64,000 nt of DNA from Felis catus. Taxonomy: Eukaryota. The translations under genes were made by a program, and so were the position numbers. Every line of letters begins with the position of its first letter. Position 1 is the stretch's first letter. Below are positions 12,180 through 23,200 of this stretch, piece after piece. The stretch is taken from the NCBI RefSeq assembly GCF_018350175.1, contig NC_058368.1, forward strand, positions 103,480,001 through 103,544,000, read 5' to 3'. The notes under the pieces are model-generated. The model ran no database searches and was not told where the DNA came from. It saw only the letters and a list, made by a program, of their open reading frames with translations.

Positions 12180-13650
12180 ATATACACCATGATCAAGCAG
12201 GATTTATCCTTGTGATGCAAGAATACTTCAACATGGGGCACCTGGGTGGCTCAGTTAGTTAAGTGTCTGACTTTGGCTCATCTCATGATCTCACGGTTCG
12301 TGGGTTTGAGCCCCGTGTAGGGCTCTTTGCTGATAGCTCAGAGCCTGCAGCCTGCTTCAGATTCTGTCTCTCTCTCTGCCCCTCCCCCGCTTGTGCTCTG
12401 TTTCTCTCTCTCTAAAATAAATAAACATTAAAAAAATTTTTAAAAAAAGAATACTTCAACATATGCAATCAATAAATGTGATATACCACATCAATAGAAT
12501 GAAAGATAAAAATTATATGATCATCTCAATAGGTGCAGAAAAAAACAAACTTCTTTCATGATAAATACTCTCAATAAACTGAGTAAAGAAGAAACACACA
12601 TCAACATAATAAAAGAATAATAGGACAAATTCACACTCCCTCATATTCAACATTGTAAGCCAGAAAGTTTTTCTTCTAAAATCAGAAACAAGAAAAGGAT
12701 TCCTACTCTTACCACTGCTATTCAACATAGTACCAGAAGTCCTAGTCAAAGCAATCAGGCAAAAAACAAAAATGAACAAAAGACATTTAAACCCAAAAGG
12801 AAGTTTTGTTTCCAGGTCATATAATCTTGTATACAGGAGATTCTAAACACTCCACCCAAAACTATTAGAACTAATCAACAACTTCAGTAAATTGCAGGAC
12901 ATAAAACCAACAAACATAAATCGATTGCATTTCCATAATCTAACAACAAAATAGGTGAAAAAAATAAAGAAAACAATCCCAAATAGCACAAAAAACAGTG
13001 AAGTACTCAGGAATAAATTTAACAGAGGTATGAAAGATCTATACACTGAAAACTGTGTATTTGGATGAAAGAAACTGAAGAAGACAAAAATGAATAAAAA
13101 GATATTCTGTGTTCATGGATCCAAGGAATTAATATTGTTAGAACGTCCTTTCTACACTAAGCAATCTACAGATTCAATATCATTTATAACAACATGGACA
13201 GACCTAGAGGGCATTATTCTAAGTGTAATTAATCAGTCTAAGAAAGACAAATACTGTATGATAGCACTTATATGTGGAATCGTAAAAAAAAAAATGAATT
13301 CTTGGAAACAAGAGAGTAGAATGGCGCTTGCAGGGGCTGGGTGTTGGGGAAAATGGGAGGTGCTGGTTAAAGGGTACAAATTTCCAACTGCAAAATGAAA
13401 ACTTCTGGGGATCTAATGTACTGCGTGGTAACTATGGTTAACCATACTGTATTATAGACTTGAAAGCTGCTAAGAGAGTTGATCTTGAATGTTCTGAATG
13501 AAATGGTAATTATGTCAGGTGTTAACTAACCTTCTTGCAGTAATGATTTCACAGTATATAAGTATATCAAATCATCATATTGTACATATCATACACCTTA
13601 ACCTTATATAATATTATGTATCAATTACATCTCAAGCTGGGAAGAAAATG
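12180..13650 (+). mobile_element. L1 (L1MA/L1_Carn-like) RT region joined to the 3' end through an internal deletion
   Basis: caccatgatcaagcaggatttatc...ctattcaacatagtaccagaagtcctag...gcaatctacagattcaat | catttataacaacatggacagacctagagggc...tcaattacatctcaagctggg. Confidence 0.88.
12235..12446 (+). mobile_element. Can-SINE inserted in L1
   Basis: 16-bp TSD aagaatacttcaacat at 12219-12234 and 12447-12462. Confidence 0.95.
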
Positions 13651-13967
13651 AGGAAATTTTCCCTTGAGATAAGGAAATAACATGCATTTTGCTTGGATCA
13701 ACGTGTTCTAAAAGCCAAGTATACATTTTTTTCTTTGTGTTAGGCCATTCTTTATGGAGACTTCAGATCTATAGTTAATCAGTACAAATTGTCATCATTT
13801 CCAAAATTAGAGCTAGCTGCCTACATTCTTTTATACATTTACAGTGACTTTAAAATGGCATGTTTGATCTTAGAGCTCTATCCTTTTTACAGAATCACAG
13901 CAAAAAGGTCTTTCATTTGGCCACATAAAGAGAAGTTATTCCTGGTACTATATAATTAATTACAGCT

Positions 13968-13968
<1 letters not shown>

Positions 13969-14010
<42 letters not shown>

Positions 14011-14011
14011 G
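13969..14011. repeat. (GT)n microsatellite
   Basis: Direct dinucleotide run. Confidence 0.97.
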
Positions 14012-14699
14012 CAGTAAATATACACACATACACAATATGGAGGAATTCAAAAAAATGACAGTGCAATTGAGAGAAAGGACAAAAATTGTGTAAATGTCAT
14101 ATATGTTGCCTACTCAATGTTCCCCCAAAAGCTGGATATTTGCTTTATCCTTCATCCATTCCAAACTGCCCAATTTCACTATATCATTTAGACTTTTTTC
14201 TTGTAACTAAGAGAAATATACTACATGGAAATCACATCTTAAAATTTATCGTATCATCCAAACATTAAACCTCTTTCAGAGGTGTTATCTCTACTACTGC
14301 TCCAATTGGCCCTTCTACGTACATTACATAGGGTATTACCCGTGTTTTATAATCAGAGCAAACTGTAAGTTACAGCAGACACATGTTTTGGTCAAGGTCA
14401 TGTGACTAGAAAGTGTTTCATGGGTAAGCTTTGAAAGATACAACTTAGTTTTGCAATTTCTACTAAAATATTAGAAGATCAGAATTTCACAAATTCAAAC
14501 TTAAGTTACTTAGCCATAAGAAACTTAATACGTACTATAGCTTCAAACTCAACTTTTTTCCTTGAAGTGTTTGCCATAGCAGCACAAGAGATGAATAATT
14601 ATTTTCAAAATAGATCTTAACTTCTAAACTAAAAAATGAGTAAAGAATATACATAGCCGTAAAGGACTAGAAACAGCTTATTAGCAACAGAAAAATAAT

Positions 14700-15140
14700 C
14701 AACTTGAAAAAATAATCAAAGAAATGCAACCTTAAATAAAATAGCCAACATGTTGCAAAGATTTGGGGGAAAAACACAATCTTATACAAGATTGATGGAA
14801 ATTAAATTGGTAAAAACTTCCATGAGGAGTAATGTGACAATAATTCAAAGAAAATCATAAAAACACGCATTCCTTTTGATTCTGAAATTCAGCATATTAG
14901 AACTGATCCTAAGAAAACAATCATATGTATGCAAAACTTTATTTTCAAATACATGTTTCACTTTGTTGATAATGACACAAAAACCCGATAATAGAAGATT
15001 GGTCTATTAATTATTTAATAATATAGCATTACAGGCATTTAAAACATGTTGTAGGAAAATAAACAATCCCTTTGAAAACATTTATGTATTTTAGGTAAAA
15101 AAAAAAAAAAGAATATTTAAATTGTATGTATAATAGGATC
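14700..15140 (+). mobile_element. Very old L1ME-like 3' fragment
   Basis: taatcaaagaaatgcaac...gatggaaattaaattggtaaaaac...gcattccttttgattctgaaattc...gatcctaagaaaacaatc. Confidence 0.55.
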
Positions 15141-15169
15141 CAAGTATGGAGGCAAAATGCTTTTGTAGG

Positions 15170-15412
15170 TAAAACCCCAGTTTAGAATCGGGCAAACAAA
15201 TTCCAATTTGGGCTACAGCATTTACTAGTTGTTGTACCTTTGGTATATTATTTTCACCTTTCCAAAATTCAGTTTGTTCACCTATAAAGTAGAGTTAAGA
15301 AAATCCAAATTTGCAGGGATTTTGAAAGAGTTCAATGAGATAATCCATATTAGGCTTTTAGCACAATTCATGAGTACAATAAGTATTCAGTAAATGTTAC
15401 TTATTATCATAA
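15170..15412 (+). mobile_element. MIR
   Basis: catttactagttgttgtacctttgg...cagtttgttcacctataaagt...aatgagataatccat...agtattcagtaaatgttacttattatc. Confidence 0.7.
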
Positions 15413-15617
15413 TTTTTACAATATGTATATTCTATGTCATATTTTACATTATATGCATACAACGTTCACATAGTATATTAAATCTGTTTATGACCAAACA
15501 TTCATCAAAACTTTCAAGTGACACTTTCTTAGTAATGGGGTTGTGAATAGCTACTTTGTCCCTGGATTTTTCTTCAGTGATTTACCATAACTTATAATAA
15601 GGACAAAATAAAACTGC

Positions 15618-15975
15618 ACAGGTCAGGTTAGGCTAGGCACTGCAGTAGTAATACCCAAATTCTAAAAGCTCAGTGGCTTCTTTGTCACTTCTAGAGAGCA
15701 TGCATGCATGAGGTGGCCCTCCAGGGAAGCATGGACAAGCAGTGATGACAGTCCCCTTACATCATGATGGTGCATGTGCCTTCTAGCACACCAGAGAGGA
15801 GAAGTGAGCTAGAGAGCTCCCTGGGGATTTTTACTGCCTTTGCCTACAGATGATACATGTCTCTTCCACTTCCAGTCCACTGGCCAAACCAATTACTTGG
15901 TCCTTGCCATGTCTGACAGGGCTGGAAAGCGTGGGAAAGCACAAGGTTATGTGTCAAGAATTAAATGGCTCTCCC
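15618..15975. mobile_element. MaLR LTR (MLT1J/K/L-like) remnant
   Basis: gtcaggttaggctagg...gcagtagtaatacccaaat...ctcagtggct; catgtctcttccacttccagtccactggccaaaccaattacttggtc. Confidence 0.65.
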
Positions 15976-16784
15976 ATAAAAAGTAATAACTAAATGAAAA
16001 CTAAATAAACTGATTTTACTAAATTCCAAAGTACATTTGATGAGGTGACTTGGAAATTTTGACTTCTTTAATCTTTCAAAGAGAATACAAGTTACAACAT
16101 CATAACTTTTTCCCTAGATGCGCCTTTCTTAACAGCTCCAACTAAAGATAACAGAGCAAGTAAAACTTGCACCCAAAAGAGAACTTCCTAGGACTAGCTT
16201 CCCATGAACTTGTGGTATGACGCCAATATACAAGCCAATAAACAAAATATAAGTCAATGAACATCTCCAGCTTGAGTTGCCTTAGTTGTAAAGTAAGTGA
16301 GTGAATACTATTTCTAATATCCTATCCAGCTAAAAATACGCTTCCATCTTAAATCAACATTCCTACAAGATGACAGCTTTGTTTTTACTCTGAGATCAAA
16401 TTAGTTCAGCAATCACATCTTTTCATTGGTAATATTAGTGTCATAAACCCAAATTAACTGTCCTGTGGTATTTATTTCTGTGGCTTTCTCGTGGAATTCT
16501 TGGTACAATAAAGACAAATAAATACATCCACAGGATGAATTACAATTCCACATCAACTTAGTTCTTCTCAGCAAATCATGTCTCTTACAGTGTGTGTTTG
16601 GTGGAGTGGGTTTTAGTAGGTGATGCTTACAATACCTCCCAAGATAAGTATGGTTGTAGTTGTTATAAAGATAAAGAGATGAGACTTACCCAAGTTCAAA
16701 GCTAGTAAGTGATCATACTAGGTTTTGAACTAACTCAGGTATTCAATCCAGGCTGATGACATTTTTATACACAACCTTCTTACA

Positions 16785-17303
16785 ACAAATTTGGGGCCAC
16801 ACTTTTCCCTTTACCTCTTAGGTTTCTTTTTAGTTGGACCTGAGAATTAAATTGACATAAGGCAGGTCTTAGGATCTATCAATAGGAAAAAAGCATACAA
16901 ATGTATTTAACACAAGTTTTACTTGACATCAGAGCCTTCATAAGGAATCGAGGACCCAAAGAAATAGCAAAACCTACCTACTTTTATATTATGTTGAACA
17001 AGGAGACACCATTGTGGAAACATGACTAAGCTAAGTGCAAAAGCTACAGAAAGAGAATTATTTTAACAAGGTCTGTTTGTAGAAGATTCTCTTGGTCTCA
17101 ACTTTTCACCCTTGATAATTAGAATGTTATTTGCCTTCTGGCATATGGAAAACATCGTTCATATAGGAACTTTATCTCCTTCTTTTAATAAGAAAGACCA
17201 AGGTATTTTTCCTTTATTTGAGGTTTTCCCAGTGCCTTTAACTCAAAATAATCGATAGGTCAGATTGGCATGCTTAGCGGTGGCATGTTCCAAACTCCTT
17301 GTA
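16785..17303 (-). mobile_element. ERV1 solo LTR (MER34/MER39-like)
   Basis: Minus strand starts like the LTR at 45663 (ggaacatgccaccgctaagcatgccaatctg...gattattttgag); boundaries approximate. Confidence 0.7.
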
Positions 17304-17356
17304 GACCAGGTCAGAACAGCAGTAATGATGGTTAATTTTAATTAGAACGGAGATTT

Positions 17357-17489
17357 GGGGGGCCCTGGGTTAAGGAGCTGACTCGGATTTAGCTTCAGGT
17401 CACGATCCCATGGTTCACAGGATCGAGTGCCACGTTGGGCTCCAGGCTAACAGCACAGAGCCTGCTTGGGATTCTCTCTTTCTTTCTCC

Positions 17490-17530
<41 letters not shown>

Positions 17531-17613
17531 CCCCCCCCCCCAACACCCTTCCCTGCTCACTCACTTTCTCTCTCTCACTCTCTCTCAAAATAAATAAACA
17601 AACATTAAAAAAA
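17357..17613 (+). mobile_element. Can-SINE with expanded (CT)n
   Basis: Degenerate head, caggtcacgatccc, cagagcctgcttgggattctctc, (CT)n, aaaataaataaa tail. Confidence 0.9.
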
Positions 17614-18372
17614 TAGATTAGGAAGCTCTCTTCAACCATTTGGGGAAAAACAGCCATGTTATTGCAGACAGTCTCATTCAGAAGAACTTAAACTGCTAGT
17701 TGGGAGTAACTTCAAAGAGAAATAGTAACAATGTCTGCTCCTTCAGTTTTTTTTACCTTTTGGCAAACAGGTTTATTACAAAAAGTGCAATATTCTATTT
17801 ATCTTCTCCAAGGACAGGGACCATAACTATAGTGCCCAGGGTTCTCACAAGCAATTAGTGCTGAGCATCTTATGGCCCATTTGAAGGAATGAAATCATAC
17901 AGGATTTTCTCCAAATTTTCCCAGCATAAGATGGCACATCTCCTAGTAAACAACTGAATTTTTACATAATAAATCCTAAGTACAGCTTTCTAATGTGAAA
18001 TTTATGTTTTTTTGTCACTAAAGGCAGAGAAAAAAAACTAAAACTATAGAGGCATCATGCAAAGTTGTACTGCTCTTAAGCATATAAAAAAGCAAAGCCA
18101 TCCACTAATTAAATGAAAAATATCCTCCTCTGAGAGAAAGCAGATTGGAATATTGGCAAGACTCCTATGTTAAATGACTATGGGATGTCACATAACATCA
18201 CTGCTTTGAATGTTGAAAATCATACTACTAGATTTCCCACTTTACATTTGGATAGAACTAATGTTCCTATTATAAATAGCTCTTAGTTTAAGTGTGGTAG
18301 ATATGGGTAGGAAGTACTTGGTAAACATCATTTTAAATACCTCCAAAAGTCCATACCATAGAAGAAGACTTT

Positions 18373-18580
18373 TAAGTTTATTTTTTAACAGACAGATAGA
18401 GACAGCACAAGAGGGGGAGGGGCAGAGAGATAGAGACAGAGACAGAGACAGGATCCCAAGCAGGCTCTGCACTGTCAGTGCAGAGCCCGATGTAGGGCTC
18501 GAACTCATGAAACATGGTATCATGACCTGAGCTTAAATCAAAAGTCGGATGCTTAAATGACTGAGCCACCAGGGTTCCCC
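18373..18580 (-). mobile_element. Can-SINE
   Basis: TSD gaagaag(a/t)cttt on both sides. Confidence 0.93.
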
Positions 18581-19077
18581 AGGAAGAAGTCTTTTTTTTT
18601 TTTTTTAAGCTCGCTGTGTCATGAATCATGATACAGATTAAGAAACATGCACTGAAATCAGTACCAATGAAGCACAGTTATGTGCTAACAAAGCTAGGTG
18701 TTATCCAGTGAATAATAAAAGATTATATCTGAAAGTCAATCCTTACACTATTTTATTGTTTTAGACAACAATATATACCTTCATGGCTTAGTACTGAACA
18801 AATGATAAAATTAAGAAGATGATAAAACCAAAGCCATTTAATTTACAATTTTTAGGGACTATGCCAAACAACAATCGACAACAGCAAAGATGGTGACACT
18901 CAAGAGTGTTTCATATGATCAATAAATGATGAAAGCATTTCTTCATGAGCATGATCATTCCAGTCAGTGCCATTTCCATAATTTCAGTTGGTTTGCTGAA
19001 GTGATATGCATCAGCAATATAGCGATACCTTATATGATTTCAACTTGTAAGTTAAGGGCTAGAATAGCAAAACTTTT

Positions 19078-19285
19078 TTTTTTAATGTTTTATTTATTTT
19101 TGAGAGAGAGACAGAGCATGAGCAGGGGAGAGGCAGAGAGAGAGAGGGAGACACAGAACCTGAAACAGACTCCAGGCTCTGAGCTGTCAGAACAGAGCCC
19201 AACATGGGGCTCAAACTCACAGACCGTGAGATCAAGACCTGAGCCGAAGTCAGATGCTTAACCGACTGAGCCACCCGGGCACCCC
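19078..19285 (-). mobile_element. Can-SINE
   Basis: 18-bp TSD tagaatagcaaaactttt at 19060-19077 and 19287-19304. Confidence 0.95.
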
Positions 19286-20032
19286 ATAGAATAGCAAAAC
19301 TTTTAATTTAATATGTAAGACAATAAGGTTTCTCAAGAAGATTGATCTGTGATGTAATGGTTCGGTCACCTGAAGTTTGAATCTCAATATGAGCAATTTT
19401 CTCCACATACCAGTGAAAGAAACCAATAATAGTTTTGGGCAATACACAAAATACATTCAGCACATGAAGGAATATATTTCTAAGTGGTCTATAACCAAGA
19501 AGTAAATTGATAATCCATTTGCTGCTATTTCTCAAGTTAATAATATTCAACCTTCCATGTTTTTAATGTAGTAGGAATGTTGAACTTAATATCTTTTGTG
19601 AGAAATCCCTTCATAATTTCAGATTAATGTTTAATCTAAAACTATGCATAACTGCCTTACAAAGCCATGATGCATTTTCTGACAGCCTCATTGGTCTATG
19701 AATAATAATTTTCGAACTCAAAAGAAATAACTTCAGATAAACCAACATCTGGATGTGGGACTGAATCAAGCTATACATCATCAAGCAGAAACAGATACAT
19801 CAGAAAGAACTTGAGTTCAATTTCACCCCTCCTAATGATTTATTAGTTTTCAAGATTACATCTTATTTTCTTAAATTGTGATAAACTTTTGCTTTTCCCT
19901 GAACTTTATCTAAAACTGGTATCCCCCAAAAATATATTAAAAACCCAAATTTTAAGGGAAAAGAGAAATGCAAGTAGTTTGGCTAAAGCACTATCATGCT
20001 TCTTTGAGCTCCTTTAAAAAAAAGTGTTATTT

Positions 20033-20265
20033 GGGGCGCCTGGGTGGCTCAGTTGGTTAAAGCGTCTGACTTCAGCTCAGGTCAAGATCGCACGGTCCGT
20101 GAGTTCGAGCCCCGTGTTGGGCTCTGGGCTGATGGCTCAGAGCCTGGGGTCTGCTTCCGATTCTGTGTCTCCCTCTCTCTCTGCCCCTCCCCCGTTCATG
20201 CTCTGTCTCTCTCTGTCTCAAAAATAAACGTTAAAAAAAATTAAAAAATAAATAAAATAAAAAAT
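20033..20265 (+). mobile_element. Relatively young felid Can-SINE
   Basis: Intact head, B box and CpGs; TSD aaaaaaagtgttattt. Confidence 0.95.
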
Positions 20266-23200
20266 AAAAAAAGTGTTATTTTTAGCAAAATATAAAAACC
20301 CATTTCTAACCCATCACACTGGTGACTAACTTCCCCCTTTAATATGTTCACTCAATTCCCAGAGCTAGAGTTTACAAATTCTCTTAAATTCTTCTTTCAA
20401 CTTCCATCTACCTCCTGACAAGCATAAGACAGTAATCAGAAACTGATTAATGTTTCCTCGTGGGGAAAAAACAAGGAGAGCATGCTGCTCAAGGTGGCAG
20501 AATCATTCCTTGTAAGAAGACAATCAGGTTTGAAAAGAGAAAAATAGCAGAATGTCTGTTTCTAGTCGATCAAGTAATTCCTCCCTGTTAATTACTTCAA
20601 GGTATATTCGCTTTAATCTTTTCAAGGTGTGTTGGCAGTGTGAATTATTTTAATGATGAGGAAGAATACCTCCACAAAGCACACCATTTCTAATTCAATC
20701 AATAACATTCACAGAAAACAAGTTTTATCAATTCAAATAATCCTCACATTCTCTACTAACCCCAAAAAGCGACACAGGACATGTTATTATTAATGATGTT
20801 AATATATCAAAAGACCCTCAGTCTGCAGCTAGGATAACATTTTGTGACCACAGCTTCCATTTTTCTCGTCCTAGGAAAGCTAATTGAACCGTTTAGGGAA
20901 GTCAAGGCCAAGGAAGTGCCTATCTTACCATATTACCTTTTATTCTCGGAGGTCTCACCAAATGGTTCCAGGGATTTTTTATAACAGAAAGGGATTCTCA
21001 ACGGAAGCCTCCCATGAGGATTCTGAGCAGGGAGACAAAGGCACACATCCACACAAACCACACAGAATCAGGTCTATTGGATCACTATAACTTCCATGTT
21101 TTGAAAGACTGTTCCCATTACAAGTGAACAATAAGGTGGATTTCTGGTGGTCGAATATATTCAACTTCCTTCTCACCAAAAAACACAACAAAACAAAAAA
21201 CCACTTGGTTCCATCACTTGAAAAAGAAAAGATAGGGAAGGGGAAAAAAATAGAGAAAAGTGAACTAAAATTCATTCTCCTTATTTAGCTTTCTTCTAAC
21301 AGGCAAAACAAGTTGAAAGGTTTTCTGTTCAAAATTAGATTGCTCTTAATAGTGAGAGGGATTTTCTTGCCCTTTTTTTCCCTCCTGTCTTTACAGGACA
21401 CTGACTCTGGGCCGCCTCTCTGCTTCTGCTTGCTAGGCTCAGGCAATGACCTACACAAATCCAAGGTTAGGCTACCAGGCTGGACAACGACTAAACTCCT
21501 ACCCAGCCGTATAATGGAAATCCCCCATGGCATCATGCAACCCCAGACCATCATACCTAGCCCCTCTCAGAGCTACATTCTCTCAGATCAACAACATTGG
21601 TTTCCAGGACTTCCATTTTTTTTTTTTTATATCTTGACTGCCTCTCCTCTAGACTTCGACACATAGTAACAACCTTCACTCACTGCCTATTCTTTTCCCA
21701 TCCTGGCAAGACAGTGACAGCAGAGTCCCCCCAGATACCATGGGTGAAAGAGGGATAGAAGACAAGGGAGCAGGCAGGATCCAGCTTAGCCCTAAAGCCT
21801 ACAATGTTCACAAGACAAAGACAATGCCAATCTCTTGCTACTAGCCCGCGTAACTTCCCTCGGGCACTTTGGCCGAGGGAAAAAAAAAAAAAGGAAGAAG
21901 AGGACAAAAGAGACTATGAAAAATCTTTGTGGAGGGAAGGAAGTGAGGAAAATCTTTTGCATTTGTGTTAGCCACATATTTCATGGCAATTGATTTGGCT
22001 TTGCCCCTGAAAAATCTTTCCGCACAGCAGACGTGAAGCTTTTGGTGATTTCTTTGTTCAAGGTTAACTTTCTACAAGTCTGATTTTCCCCTACTCACCT
22101 AGCTCCGCCACAGGCTTTGGCATATAGAACATTCCAGAGCAAAATACAATGATATGAAATAAAGCTTCTATTGTCTGCTCCCAAGCTTGCCTTATTGGCA
22201 TTTTAAAGCAGTATTCAACTCTTCTATACATGTAATTTTCCATCAGTTATTCTGCCCCAGGGTAGAACACCAAGAGCAGAGGAAAGGAAGGAGAGACAAG
22301 CCTGCCTGGAATCACCTCTCTGCTACTAAATCTGTCAAGGGGCACTGATGAGCATCCCTTCTTCCTTATACTGTGAGAACTTGTTTCTTTCCTCCTGCAA
22401 ACCTGACATGAAGCCAAAAACTCCCAGCGAGGAAATATTTTCGTTTCACTGTGCAAAGGTCAGACAAAAATGTGCTGAGGGCATCTGATTTTTCAACGCA
22501 TATTAATCTCGGTTTTGCTCCCCCACAGAGACCCTTGAAAAGCAGTGGGAGTCAGGGCAGTGCCTTAATGCAGATTTCTGGCAGGCAGAGTTCAAGGTTC
22601 TGTGGGGTGACAATGACACGGGTGGTCAAGGGCGGAATTACACAGCTCAGAGACATTAGCTAGCTCCCTTGCTGCTTTTTTCCTTTTAATGTAGATTCTC
22701 AGTCTTTGGAAGGAATCTGTTAAATGGTTAAGTTTAAGTTAGAAGCTACCTCTAACCTTAGCCCAATTCAATTACTTCCAAAACAATCCTACAATTGGTA
22801 TCCATGAAACCTGATGAAAATTAACGAATGATGGATGAAATGTACCGAGAAGGAAATGTTTACAGGCTTTGCCAGTTTTTTTTTTTTTTAATTCTTTTTA
22901 AAGTTCTTTTCTATTTCTTTTCTGGGTTAAGAACAAGAATGTGCCATCATCTTTTGATGAGACTAAGCACAGCATTTTCTTGCCTCAGATATATCTTACT
23001 AAATAGCTTCTAAAGATATTCTTCCCTTCCCAATCATAGCAAAAATCTACTTAGTGTTTTCCAAATCAGACCTCTTAGTGTGTCTTAAGTTTTACCTTTA
23101 TTATCAGAAAGGTTCTTTCATTTAAAACCAGTTACTTCCTTTATTATGGTCAACAGGGAATTTGGTGATACACTCCAGTGATTAAAGTGTCAAACCCAAA

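Noticed and set aside
21855..21892. GC hairpin ttccctcgg...ccgagggaa followed by an A run (terminator-like)
   Set aside because: 9-bp stem, chance-level; bacterial-type terminators are irrelevant in mammalian DNA.
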